A stretch of DNA of 63,253 nucleotides, filler included, from Octopus bimaculoides (GCF_001194135.2; 4 parts of 4 records of this genome joined end to end with filler, not necessarily neighbours in it), one strand, 5' to 3'; shown: positions 1 to 11,235, numbered from the whole stretch's first letter. Translations and numbers: made by a program. The notes: generated by a model not told the origin, from the sequence alone.

Positions 1-144
1 TCTACAAACAAAATATCTAAGGATGTATTGGTTCTTTTCAATTTGATGGCCAGATTTTTTTAATTAATTTTTTTTAACTAAACACTTTGAAACTTGATCA
101 TGGCTGCCTTGAGTTAACCTGCCTTTTCTCCTTGTCCTAAAAAT

Positions 145-358
145 TCTTTTCTACTCTGGGCACAAGGCCTGAAATTTTTGTGGAGGGGGCCAGTCGATTA
201 GATCAACCCCAGTACGCAACTAACTGATACTTAATTTATCGACCCCGAAAGGATGAAAGGCAAAGTCAACCTCCGCAGAATTTGAACTCAGAACGTAGAG
301 GCAGACGAAATGCCGCTAAGCATTTTTCCCGGCGTGATTACGTTTCTTCCATCCTCAC
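145..358 (-). mobile_element. tRNA-headed SINE, family B (my label)
   Basis: Reverse complement of the motif string gagttcaaatt..gaggttgactttgcctttcatcctttcggggtcgataaattaagta..ggggttgatctaatcgactggccccc..aggccttgtgcc. The same string recurs more than ten times in the window. Confidence 0.85.
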
Positions 359-544
359 TGCTTTGTTAACACTTATGCCTAAAAATTTGCAGGTTTTGTA
401 GTACGTTTTGACTTATCAAGACTTATTCTGAACAGCTTGACAAACACACTGAAGTCTGTAAATTATTGTGTCACAACACAAAAGATCCAATTCACTGCTT
501 AAAGTGAACAGAAACATGTGACCTAAATGTTTAGTAATAATTCA

Positions 545-1670
545 TATCTAGGTTATATGGGCTGAGAGGAAGCTCTCCTTGAAAGGTCGAGCGGAGGTGG
601 CGAATGNNNNNNNNNNTGTGACGACGTTCTCGGGGAAACTCTAGGCGTCGAGGATAATCAGCTAAGTAGTCTGTTCAGGAGAACCTTTGGGGCCCATGGA
701 TAATTTCCAAAGGTCCCTCGCCTGGCAGTGCTACCGAGGTGCGCTACCTGTTCGAGATAAACTCTACCGACATGGAAGTGCCGTCAACCGGGCCTGCCCG
801 AGGTGCGCTCAGGACAACGAAACCGTTCTGCACGCACTCGTCCAGTGCCCGAGCATTGCTGACCTGTGGGTCTATATCGAACAGCTACTGTCACGTGTAG
901 GACGGATCCGGCTATCAGCTGAGTCCATCGTGAGAATTGACCCGCCAACCTCCTTTAAGCAGGAGGGCAAGGCAATTTTCCTATGCCTAGTGGCTGTAGC
1001 GAAAGAGGTGATATGGTNNNNNNNNNNNNNNNNNNNNNNNNNNNNNNNNNNNNNNNNNNNNNNNNNNNNNNNNNNNNNNNNNNNNNNNNNNNNNNNNNNN
1101 NNNNNNNNNNNNNNNNNNNNNNNNNNNNNNNNNNNNNNNNNNNNNNNNNNNNNNNNNNNNNNNNNNNNNNNNNNNNNNNNNNNNNNNNNNNNNNNNNNNN
1201 NNNNNNNNNNNNNNNNNNNNNNNNNNNNNNNNNNNNNNNNNNNNNNNNNNNNNNNNNNNNNNNNNNNNNNNNNNNNNNNNNNNNNNNNNNNNNNNNNNNN
1301 NNNNNNNNNNNNNNNNNNNNNNNNNNNNNNNNNNNNNNNNNNNNNNNNNNNNAATGTAAAAGGAGAAAGGGCTCTATACCCCTTTCTTATTTTTTTCTGA
1401 CCAGGCTCCCGTGGTTTTATGGGTTTCTCCACGTGTAACCTTTCCTTTTTCGAAGCGCCTCCCCCTTTAGGAGTTCCACTTATTTATCTATTTATTTATC
1501 TATTTATTTATTATATCTTTCTCCGTTTTCTTCCGTTTTAGACGAACTTTCCTACCTTTTCGGACAAAACCTTTTGTAACCTTCGTCCTGTCTTTGTCCT
1601 TATATGTTTTTAATTGATATTAGCCCTTGTGGCCAATAAAACGAATTAATTATTATTATTATTATTATTA
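545..1670 (+). mobile_element. Tx1/L1-superfamily LINE 3-prime end: ORF2 C-terminal zinc-binding (zf-RVT-like) region, 3-prime UTR, AATAAA and (TTA)n tail; interrupted by N gaps
   Basis: 687-1017 reads SLAWQCYRGALPVRDKLYRHG...CPRCAQDNETVLHALVQCP...LW, matching the L.W....ALP...L / CPRC....ET..H....C motif of L1/Tx1 ORF2. AATAAA near 1635 is followed by an ATT repeat. Confidence 0.8.
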
Positions 1671-1672
1671 TT

Positions 1673-2095
1673 GAGAAGGCGGTGAGCTAGCAGAATCATG
1701 AGCACACTGGGCAAAATTTTTAATGGCTTTTTGTCTCTCTTCATGTTCTGTGTTCAAATTCCACTGAGGTTGACTTTGCCTTTCCTCCTATCAGAGTCAA
1801 TAGAATAGGTACCAGTGAAACATTGGGGTCGATGCAATTTACTCTCCCACTCCCCTGAAAATTTCAGGCCTTGTGCCTATAGTAGAAAGGATTATTATTA
1901 CTATTATTATTGAGAAGATGGTGAGCTGGCAGAATGGTTAGCATGCCAGGCAAAATGCTTAGTGGTATTCTGCCCGTCACAACATTCTGAGTTCAAATTC
2001 CACTGAGGTCGGCTTTGCCTTTCATTCTTTCGGGGTCGATGTAATCGGCTTACCTACAAAATTTCAGGCTTTGTGCCTATAATAGGATTGTTATA
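1673..2095 (+). mobile_element. Two tandem family-B SINE copies (about 1673-1890 and 1915-2095)
   Basis: Each has ggtgagct(a/g)gcagaat..gagttcaaattccactgagg..ctttgcctt..ggggtcgatg..aaaatttcaggc(c/t)ttgtgcctata followed by an ATT tail. Confidence 0.85.
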
Positions 2096-2107
2096 ATCAT
2101 TATTATT

Positions 2108-2388
2108 TCAGTTATGTTTGTTTGTTTGTCTTTGGACAAGACATCTCGAGAACCGCTGGATGGATTTGGATGAAACTTTCAGGGATGTTTGGCCTTGTGA
2201 CTGGCACGGACTGATTAGGTTTTAGGATCGATCCAGTACCGGACAAGGATTCTAGATTATTTTACCGTTTTTGAGAGCGGTCGAGTTTATTTCAGATATT
2301 CTCATTTTAAAAAATCATCTCTGGCTAATCATTGAGAGGACGTTGGTGTTGCCTTGGCGGAGGTTTGCACTCTCTGAATGTTCTTGTT
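2108..2388 (+). mobile_element. Helentron-associated (HINE/DINE-1-like) non-autonomous element, 5-prime truncated
   Basis: Homologous to 52422-52791. Contains a (TTTG)n tract, the 3-prime subterminal sequence ccttggcggaggt at 2352-2364, a short imperfect hairpin and a ttcttgtt end. Confidence 0.55.
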
Positions 2389-2655
2389 GTTATTATTATT
2401 ATTATTATTATTATTGTTAGTATACTGGGCAAAATGCTTAGCAACATTTCGTCTCTACTGACTCCTCTTCTAATTTACCCAGCACTTTGTCTTGTATTTC
2501 ACTCATTAATCTTGACTTATTTAAGTTCGCTAGAGTTACTTCCCTTTAGAGAGTTATCTCCCTCGTACAACAACTTACAATATTACAGCATATTAACACC
2601 TATTTATGGGTGTTATGTTAACACTAATAAAAAGCCGACTTACACACATATTGCC

Positions 2656-2656
<1 letters not shown>

Positions 2657-2721
<65 letters not shown>

Positions 2722-2850
2722 GGTAACGATGGTGATGGTGGTGATGATGATGTTGATCGTTGTGTTAGAGATGATGATGATGATAATAGTGGTAACAATG
2801 GTGGTGGTTGTCATTGTGGTAGCGGTGGTGATTGTCGTCATAACGAAGGT
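2657..2850. repeat. (TA)n followed by (GAT/GGT)n microsatellites
   Basis: Directly visible. Confidence 0.95.
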
Positions 2851-2953
2851 ATCCAGCTTCCTTGCTATAACACACTATCAATCCTAACTGAAAATTACTG
2901 CAATGTTCATTAATTAATTTATTTATTTATTTATTATTTATTTCAACTTTCAG

Positions 2954-3133
2954 GGTCTCATTTCAATTCCCTACAACTACTTCTGACGAAGAGGGCCGAC
3001 GTTGCTGCAATTGATACCCGATTCCTCGATGACTTTTTCCACCAACATCCTCACTACAAGAGGGAGCTCAAAGTGATGGCTACCCTTGGTCCCATGCCTG
3101 TTAGCCCTTTAGTATTTAGGAAAACGTTACCTT
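2954..3133 (+). CDS. phnD: Internal exon (phase 1-1, 180 nt) of a PhnD-like phosphonate/phosphite-binding periplasmic-binding-protein-fold gene
   Basis: Acceptor tttcaactttcag and donor CTT|gtaagt flank one open frame: (G)SHFNSLQLLLTKRADVAAIDTRFLDDFFHQHPHYKRELKVMATLGPMPVSPLVFRKTLP. It fits the PhnD/SsuA/transferrin-family pattern GSH..S...V..G.AD.AAID...L......P.....L.V...LGP.P..P.V....LP. The assignment is by recalled motif and the symbol is family-level only. Confidence 0.82.
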
Positions 3134-3496
3134 GTAAGTGATTTTTTTTTTTTTTTTTTTTTCACGTTCAAATTATTTTGTAAATCTTACAAAATGATTG
3201 TTTTGTATAAAGGAAGAAGACAGGACCTGTCTTATGAAGAATGTATACATAACATAGGTGGATTAGAGATATTTGACAGGATGAGTGCTATTCAGCAGAA
3301 CAAGAGCTATCTGACAGGATGATAGCTATTTGACTGGATGATATCAATAGGGTTTCATAAGTTTTATTCATTCAGAAGTTACCTGTGAATCTGGGAAAAA
3401 TTTGTCTGAATTTCTTGGAAGCTGCTATTGTTTAACCCCAGGACAAATCTGATCAAGCAGTCTTAAGCTCAAAAAAACATTCCAGCTATGACCATA

Positions 3497-3659
3497 GGTG
3501 CAGGAGTGGCTGTGTGGTAAGTACCTTGCTTACCAACCACATGGTTCCGGGTTTAGTCCCACTGTGTGGCACTTTGGGCAAGTGTCTTCTACTATAGCCT
3601 CGGGCCGACCAAAGCCTTGTGAGTGGATTTGGTAGACAGAAACTGAAAAAAGCCCGTCG

Positions 3660-3708
<49 letters not shown>

Positions 3709-3920
3709 TTGTGTGTCTGTGTTTGTCCCCCCCTACACATTGCTTGACAACTGATGCTGGTGTGTTTACGTCCCCGTAACTTAGCGGTTTGGCAAAAGAG
3801 ACTGATAGAATAAGTACTAGGCTTACAAAGAATAAGTCCTGGAGTTGATTTGCTCAACTAAAGGAGGTGCTCCAGCATGACCACAGTCAAATGACTGAAA
3901 CAAGTAAAAGAGAGTAAAGA
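3497..3920 (+). mobile_element. tRNA-headed SINE, family A (CORE-like segment ttgggcaagtgtcttctactatagcctc), full length with internal TA/TG microsatellite
   Basis: Near-identical copies at 60205-60600 (+), 38805-39095 (+) and 33535-34039 (-). Confidence 0.9.
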
Positions 3921-4149
3921 GTATTCCATCTTTTTTTTTTATATAAACAAAAATTCTGAGTTGAAATTTTGAGGCTGATTTGGCTGCTATTTCTAGCTGA
4001 CCAAACAATGATGTCAAGACCTGTTGTTGAATCCATAGATTGTTGAAAGCATTGTTTGTTTTGAATTCATTATATCAATAACTTCAGTCATTGTAACATC
4101 CAACCCCTGGCTTTTTTATTTATTTATTTATTTATTTTTTAATAAGATG

Positions 4150-4582
4150 CATATCATGTGGCTCTTAATTGCATTAATGGCTCTCTAGAACTAATGGATC
4201 AGTTGTACGTTGGTTGTGTGAATGGCATTGTCACAGCAGGGTCGGAGATGGGGAAACCGGCGTCTAGGGTGTGGGACAAAGAAAATAAGGGAATTACTGA
4301 CAGACTTAAAGTGTGGGGGTTTACATATAATGAAATGATTTAAAAAAGGAAAGAGAGAAATTAAGTACACACGGTATGCACTGAAAAAGAAGGGACATGT
4401 GTGTAGCATACAAAGGTTTAAAAAAGTGGCAGGGAGGATGATAGAGATGTGGCCCTCGTGATACAGGAAGGCCTCTAGGGATGATCGAGGAACCCCACTG
4501 TCCAAGATTTCCCTGAAACTCCAAGAGCAAGTCCCCTCTCCAATTCCTTCTCTCCGACTCACAGGTCTACACTAAGAAGGGT
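4150..4582 (-). mobile_element. LINE (probably Tx1-like) ORF2 end and 3-prime UTR with (AAAT)n tail
   Basis: The minus strand reads TLLSVDL-stop next to the gap. The segment aaacctttgtatgcta..tgtccc..atcatttcattatatgtaaa matches a second copy at 42430-42540. Confidence 0.55.
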
Positions 4583-5447
4583 NNNNNNNNNNNNNNNNNN
4601 NNNNNNNNNNNNNNNNNNNNNNNNNNNNNNNNNNNNNNNNNNNNNNNNNNNNNNNNNNNNNNNNNNNNNNNNNNNNNNNNNNNNNNNNNNNNNNNNNNNN
4701 NNNNNNNNNNNNNNNNNNNNNNNNNNNNNNNNNNNNNNNNNNNNNNNNNNNNNNNNNNNNNNNNNNNNNNNNNNNNNNNNNNNNNNNNNNNNNNNNNNNN
4801 NNNNNNNNNNNNNNNNNNNNNNNNNNNNNNNNNNNNNNNNNNNNNNNNNNNNNNNNNNNNNNNNNNNNNNNNNNNNNNNNNNNNNNNNNNNNNNNNNNNN
4901 NNNNNNNNNNNNNNNNNNNNNNNNNNNNNNNNNNNNNNNNNNNNNNNNNNNNNNNNNNNNNNNNNNNNNNNNNNNNNNNNNNNNNNNNNNNNNNNNNNNN
5001 NNNNNNNNNNNNNNNNNNNNNNNNNNNNNNNNNNNNNNNNNNNNNNNNNNNNNNNNNNNNNNNNNNNNNNNNNNNNNNNNNNNNNNNNNNNNNNNNNNNN
5101 NNNNNNNNNNNNNNNNNNNNNNNNNNNNNNNNNNNNNNNNNNNNNNNNNNNNNNNNNNNNNNNNNNNNNNNNNNNNNNNNNNNNNNNNNNNNNNNNNNNN
5201 NNNNNNNNNNNNNNNNNNNNNNNNNNNNNNNNNNNNNNNNNNNNNNNNNNNNNNNNNNNNNNNNNNNNNNNNNNNNNNNNNNNNNNNNNNNNNNNNNNNN
5301 NNNNNNNNNNNNNNNNNNNNNNNNNNNNNNNNNNNNNNNNNNNNNNNNNNNNNNNNNNNNNNNNNNNNNNNNNNNNNNNNNNNNNNNNNNNNNNNNNNNN
5401 NNNNNNNNNNNNNNNNNNNNNNNNNNNNNNNNNNNNNNNNNNNNNNT

Positions 5448-5818
5448 ACTACTGCTGCTGTTACTACTACTACTGCTGTTGTTACTACTACTACTACTAC
5501 TACTTCTACTACTTGTATTACTGCTGCTGCTACTACTAGTATTACTGCTGCTGCTGTTACTACTACTACTACTACTGCTGCTGTTACTACTACTACTGCT
5601 GCTGTTACTACTACTACTGCTGTTGTTACTACTACTACTACTACTACTTCTACTACTTGTATTACTGCTGCTGCTGCAACTAGTATTACTGCTGCTGCTG
5701 CAACTACTACTATTACTGCTGCTGTTGCTGCTTCTACTGCTGCTGCTGCTGCTGCTGCTGCTACTACTACTAGTATTACTACTAGTATTACTATTGCTAC
5801 TGCTGCAAGTGGCAACAA
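5448..5818. repeat. Compound (ACT/GCT/GTT)n trinucleotide array between N gaps
   Basis: Directly visible; the sub-block ctactactacttctactacttgtattactgctgctgc occurs twice. Confidence 0.95.
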
Positions 5819-6162
5819 NNNNNNNNNNNNNNNNNNNNNNNNNNNNNNNNNNNNNNNNNNNNNNNNNNNNNNNNNNNNNNNNNNNNNNNNNNNNNNNNNN
5901 NNNNNNNNNNNNNNNNNNNNNNNNNNNNNNNNNNNNNNNNNNNNNNNNNNNNNNNNNNNNNNNNNNNNNNNNNNNNNNNNNNNNNNNNNNNNNNNNNNNN
6001 NNNNNNNNNNNNNNNNNNNNNNNNNNNNNNNNNNNNNNNNNNNNNNNNNNNNNNNNNNNNNNNNNNNNNNNNNNNNNNNNNNNNNNNNNNNNNNNNNNNN
6101 NNNNNNNNNNNNNNNNNNNNNNNNNNNNNNNNNNNNNNNNNNNNNNNNNNNNNNNNNNNNNN

Positions 6163-6244
6163 AATTTGGAAGAAAGCTTGATTGTTTGTGTGCATTGTGT
6201 AAGCGGTTAAGTATGGAAGGAATTGGCTGACGACCAGTCTATGC
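6163..6244 (-). CDS. Candidate exon of an unidentified gene (runs into the N gap)
   Basis: Acceptor tcttcag. The phase-2 frame reads HRLVVSQFLPYLTAYTMHTNNQAFFQI and joins in frame to exon 10798-10980 (TG+G = Trp). Confidence 0.4.
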
Positions 6245-6689
6245 CTGAAGATCGGACATCCAAAGACAGACAGACAGACAGACCCTGTTACACTGCGAGA
6301 CATGATTTTTGGCCTTGGGTAGCAACTGTTATTTCCTGTTTGCTTACCCTTAGAAAGTATGAAAAATGGCTAATATTTCCTTCAAGCTTTGCTTTTGTTC
6401 TGATATTTATTTCAAATCTCCAAGAAAACCCCTCTCGACACTTGATTGTCATGCTCCCCCCACTACTCCTGCTCATGATCAGAGGTGCACATATTGTCAG
6501 CCACCAAGGGACATGCTCAAATGGTTACGGTCAAGCAACTGACAAGCAAATCTGTGGTATTGAGCAGAATAGTTGTCATAACGATATTTCTGCTTCGGCA
6601 GCTCAATAATGAATCTGTTTGAAACACAATGATCCTTTTCTATGATGGTATCTTGGTTAGCCTGTGAACTTTTCAGCTGACACTCATAC

Positions 6690-7085
6690 CTTGGACATTT
6701 TGATCAAAAGAGTCACCAGCAGCAGATATGGCATCATCATCACTGCAATACTGATCCCAGCCAAGTGTTTTTTTTCATGTTGGGGAACAGATGATAGTCA
6801 GCTGGGGCCAAATCAGGAGAATAGGGATGCTGATCAACCAGTTCAGAGCCAGTCATGCACAGCAGCCCTTAAAACCATGGACCTTCTGGAGCATCATCCT
6901 GATGAAACAAGACCAGTTTTCCTGGGTGTTTGGTCTTGATAAACTTTCATAACTACTTCAGCAAGTTGGCATAGTACTCTTCATTGATGGTGTGGCCCTG
7001 TTGAAGATACTCAATAAACACAAAGCCTTTTGCATCCCCCAAAACTGAAGCCATCACCTTTTCTGCAGATGAAATGACCTTAGCT
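6690..7085 (-). mobile_element. Degenerate mariner (DD34D) transposase fragment
   Basis: The minus strand reads SAEKVMASVLGDAKGFVFIEYLQQGHTINEEYYANLL..KTKHPGKL..FHQDDAP..HPYSPDLAPADYHLFPNMKK with stops and deletions. Confidence 0.85.
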
Positions 7086-7109
7086 TTTTGGGAGCAGGTG
7101 AGGAGGGGT

Positions 7110-7432
7110 GGCACATAAAAAGCACCCTTTGAACTTTAGGCCTCATGGTGGTAGTGACAAGTGACTGAGACCTTTGGTGATATACTGTGCTTGAGAACAC
7201 CTGTCAAGTGAAGTGAGATCGTAGGTGAAGCTGATGCTGGTGTTACGTAACTTGTGCCAGTGGAATGTAAAAAGCACCCCCTACACTCTTGGAGTGGTTG
7301 GCATTAGGAAGGGCATCCAGCTGTAGAGACCATACCAAATCAGATTGGAACCTGGTGCAGCTCCCCAGCTTACTAGTTTTCAATCAAACTGTCCAACCCA
7401 TGCCAGCATGGAAAGCGGATGTTAAATGATGA
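7110..7432 (+). mobile_element. Element ending in the RTE 3-prime tail (truncated RTE or RTE-mobilised SINE)
   Basis: aaaagcaccc..ggagtggttggcattaggaagggcatccagctgta..ccaacccatgccagcatggaaagcggatgttaaatgatgatg; same tail as 58319-58545. Confidence 0.75.
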
Positions 7433-7454
7433 TGTGTATGTGTGTGTCTGCACA

Positions 7455-7870
7455 CACATATGCATAAATACATACATGGAATACTAGTGGAACATTCCCA
7501 TCAAAACATCTGGCAAGTGTAAACATTACAGGCCTGATATTGTTGATTGGGACAGACAAGGAAAAGTATTTAACCATCACAGTGGTCAGCTGTCCTGTTG
7601 ATGTGAATATCTCTTTGAAAATCAAAGAGAAAGATAACTATGGACACCTGCTTCGAGACCTCCAGCTTCTGCATCCGGATTACAACTTTACATTTATATC
7701 AATAATAATTGGGTGCTCTTGGTTTCGTAAGTAAATACCTTACTGTCAGTCTGGATAAGCTTGGATTATCAGAAGGAGAATTCAACCAACTGGTTTGCAC
7801 ATTACAAATTCAGTCTGAAAAAGCAGAACAGCAAAACTATGCAAGGCTTTTCTCAGGTTTAAAAATCTGA
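7455..7870 (+). mobile_element. R4/Dong-type non-LTR retrotransposon, restriction-like endonuclease (RLE) fragment, degenerate
   Basis: Across frameshifts reads PIKTSGKCKHYRPDIV..VSCPVDVNISLKIKEKDNYGHLLRDLQLLHPDYNFTFISIIIG, matching the RPD...D/E.EK..Y RLE motif. Confidence 0.75.
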
Positions 7871-7979
7871 CATTGTTTTCATTGTCTAAATTCCAACGAT
7901 GGAGCTTTGTATCTTTGTTAGAAACCAGCTCATTCTTTGAAAGAGGAATTTAAATAATTAAATTCAGAAAAGAACACAC

Positions 7980-8011
<32 letters not shown>

Positions 8012-8669
8012 AGTAGAATTTGTGGGTGCAAGTGGATCTGTGATTGCTACTGTTATGTTTATTAGAGCTCCACGTAGATTTTTCACAATTCAGTCTGATT
8101 TCTGTAGAGTTGTTGGGTAACTTTTACACCAAGTAGTTTTACCAGTTATGAACTACAGAGCAAATGTAGGTGAAACAAGGATAAGAACAGTTTTGTGTAA
8201 TACTTCCTACACAAATTCCACCATTGTATGTATGTATGTATGTATGTATGTATGTATGTATCCGTCTGTCTACCTACCTACCTATCTATCTATCTATCTA
8301 TCTATCTACCTATCTATCTATCTAACTACCTACCTTCCTTCCCTCCCTCTCTCCTTCCCTCCCTCCCTCCCTCCCTCCTTCCTTTCTTGCACCTTCCTAT
8401 TTAGAGTCCTACAAAACTTGAAGTAGCACAACACTGAATCAAATTATTCTAAATAATACATGTAACTCCCACTAAATGTGTTGAATGTCCTTTTCTTTTT
8501 CATTCACTCATGCGTATACATCATTGTCAGACGAGACTCATCAGCTACAGATGCCGGAACTACCAGATCATGTGGTTTCACCCTGGTTAAGACTCCTCAG
8601 TGGCAGACATTCATTAGCAATGAAACAGCTGAATCCCACAGTTCAATACTGCTTCTTTTGCTATTAAAT

Positions 8670-9146
8670 GTGAAGGCGCATGGCTCAGTGGTTAGTGTGT
8701 TGGGCTCACAATCATGAGGTAATGAGCTCGATTCCCAGACCCGGCTATGTGTTGTGTTTTTGAGCAAGACATTTTATTTCATGTTGCTGCTGGTCACTGT
8801 TCACTCAGCTGTAGGAATAAGTTGCAACATCACTGGTTGTTGTTGGCACTCCGTCGCTTACGACGTTGAGGGTTCCAGTCGATCCAATCAACAGAACAGC
8901 CTGCTCGTGAAATTAACGTGTAAGTGGCTGAGCACTCCACAGACACGTGTACCCTTAACGTAGTTCTCGGGGAGATTCAGCGTGACACAGTGTGACAAGG
9001 CTGGCCCTTTTGAAATACAGGTACAACAGAAACAGGAAGTAAGAGTGAGAGAAAGTTGTGGTGGAAGAGTACAGCAAGGTTCACCACAATCCCCTGCCGG
9101 AGCCTCGTGGAGCTTTAGGTGTTTTCGCTCAATAAACACTCACAAN
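8670..9146. mobile_element. SINE family C head (+, about 8670-8830) tail-to-tail with a related SINE on the minus strand (about 8840-9146, running into the gap)
   Basis: The head is tRNA-like (ggcgcatggctcagtggttag..tcgattcc). 8850-9030 is the reverse complement of the body of the copy at 43255-43572. Confidence 0.75.
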
Positions 9147-10466
9147 NNNNNNNNNNNNNNNNNNNNNNNNNNNNNNNNNNNNNNNNNNNNNNNNNNNNNN
9201 NNNNNNNNNNNNNNNNNNNNNNNNNNNNNNNNNNNNNNNNNNNNNNNNNNNNNNNNNNNNNNNNNNNNNNNNNNNNNNNNNNNNNNNNNNNNNNNNNNNN
9301 NNNNNNNNNNNNNNNNNNNNNNNNNNNNNNNNNNNNNNNNNNNNNNNNNNNNNNNNNNNNNNNNNNNNNNNNNNNNNNNNNNNNNNNNNNNNNNNNNNNN
9401 NNNNNNNNNNNNNNNNNNNNNNNNNNNNNNNNNNNNNNNNNNNNNNNNNNNNNNNNNNNNNNNNNNNNNNNNNNNNNNNNNNNNNNNNNNNNNNNNNNNN
9501 NNNNNNNNNNNNNNNNNNNNNNNNNNNNNNNNNNNNNNNNNNNNNNNNNNNNNNNNNNNNNNNNNNNNNNNNNNNNNNNNNNNNNNNNNNNNNNNNNNNN
9601 NNNNNNNNNNNNNNNNNNNNNNNNNNNNNNNNNNNNNNNNNNNNNNNNNNNNNNNNNNNNNNNNNNNNNNNNNNNNNNNNNNNNNNNNNNNNNNNNNNNN
9701 NNNNNNNNNNNNNNNNNNNNNNNNNNNNNNNNNNNNNNNNNNNNNNNNNNNNNNNNNNNNNNNNNNNNNNNNNNNNNNNNNNNNNNNNNNNNNNNNNNNN
9801 NNNNNNNNNNNNNNNNNNNNNNNNNNNNNNNNNNNNNNNNNNNNNNNNNNNNNNNNNNNNNNNNNNNNNNNNNNNNNNNNNNNNNNNNNNNNNNNNNNNN
9901 NNNNNNNNNNNNNNNNNNNNNNNNNNNNNNNNNNNNNNNNNNNNNNNNNNNNNNNNNNNNNNNNNNNNNNNNNNNNNNNNNNNNNNNNNNNNNNNNNNNN
10001 NNNNNNNNNNNNNNNNNNNNNNNNNNNNNNNNNNNNNNNNNNNNNNNNNNNNNNNNNNNNNNNNNNNNNNNNNNNNNNNNNNNNNNNNNNNNNNNNNNNN
10101 NNNNNNNNTTTTTTTTTTTTTTTTTTTTTTTTCCTTAATTTTTTTTTCCCTTGATATGCAATTTGTATATTGATCTGCTACAACAATAGCAATGAGCGTC
10201 AGCTTTCAAATATCTCAAAATGAAGTCAAGTCACAATTGTCATAAACATCAAAAAAAGATAAACCCCATTGTGTGTGTGTGTGTGTGTGTTATCTTTTAT
10301 TTTTGTATTCAACTTATAAATTCAATAATATAAAAATTACGTAATTGCATTATCCGAAATAAATATATATTCTTAAGGAAAAAACATTTTCTTGTTCATT
10401 GTCTTTGAATTGTATTTGCGATGCTATCTAATTTAAGAAACTTGGTACCACATGCATTAGTATATG

Positions 10467-10733
10467 CAGTGGTGGACTGGGTCTGAAAATATTGGTTGCT
10501 AGGAGACTAAGGGGGTCCACCCGCAACTACAATGCTATAATTTAATATTATTTTTACTGTTAAAAATATTTGTTTCAATTATCTACAAATACAGCCAGGC
10601 TGAAATAATTAATGCATTCTTCCAGGAGTGAATAAAAAATTCTCAAACTAACATGGGCCCCATATATGGATTCTAATGACACAGGGGCCCACTTGCCATC
10701 GGGCAAGCTGGCAACCTGGCCAATCCACCACTG
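10467..10733. mobile_element. hAT-type MITE with perfect 8-bp target-site duplication
   Basis: TIRs cagtggtggactgg / ccaatccaccactg; AGTATATG at 10459-10466 and 10734-10741. Confidence 0.9.
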
Positions 10734-10797
10734 AGTATATGCATACATGAGGTAAAGAAAGCATTGGTAGAGTTATCATGGTGTTGTTATTGTTTAC

Positions 10798-10980
10798 CAT
10801 TGAGTCAACACTGATCGGTCTGTCATCCCAATATGACTATTCTGTCCCCATTTTATCCTTTTGCAAGCATCCTCCAGTACTATCTCTCGAAAAACATATA
10901 TCTGTTCTTTTACACCGGTGAGATGGTGTTTTGCTTCAGGAACAACCAGACAGCCCACCGCCACTGCCACTCGGTACAAT
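10798..10980 (-). CDS. Internal exon (phase 2-2, 183 nt) of an unidentified protein-coding gene
   Basis: Acceptor cctaacacttag, donor TG|gtaaac. Only one frame is open: LYRVAVAVGCLVVPEAKHHLTGVKEQIYVFREIVLEDACKRIKWGQNSHIGMTDRSVLTQ. The sequence is non-repetitive. Family not recognised. Confidence 0.55.
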
Positions 10981-11235
10981 CTAAGTGTTAGGTGACCAAT
11001 TTGAGCAGTGACAAAAGTAAAGCTTGATAGAGCTCTTTACTCCATAGTGTTGGTGCCTTGGGAAAAAAACACACCCAGTACATTCTTTAAAGTAGATGGT
11101 GTTAGGGTGTCCAGCTGTAAAAACTAAACCAAAGCAGAAATTGGAGCTCAATGGATCATATCAAATTCTCTCACACATGTCAGCATGGAAGATGGATATT
11201 AAATAATAATATATTTTCACTTTTTTAGCTCATGC

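Noticed and set aside
4147-4343. Phase-compatible plus-strand continuation for the PhnD-like exon (YAYHVALNCING...)
   Set aside because: No family resemblance, and the region is the antisense of a LINE 3-prime UTR that has a second copy at 42430-42540.
8500-8660. Selenoprotein idea for the minus-strand frame with one internal TGA
   Set aside because: No recognisable selenoprotein context (no CxxU/UxxC redox motif in a known fold), no SECIS identified and a weak acceptor; chance is sufficient.
8670-9146. Apparent SINE with an invertible central domain relative to 43255-43572
   Set aside because: Better explained as a plus-strand SINE head adjacent to a separate minus-strand SINE whose head lies in the N gap.
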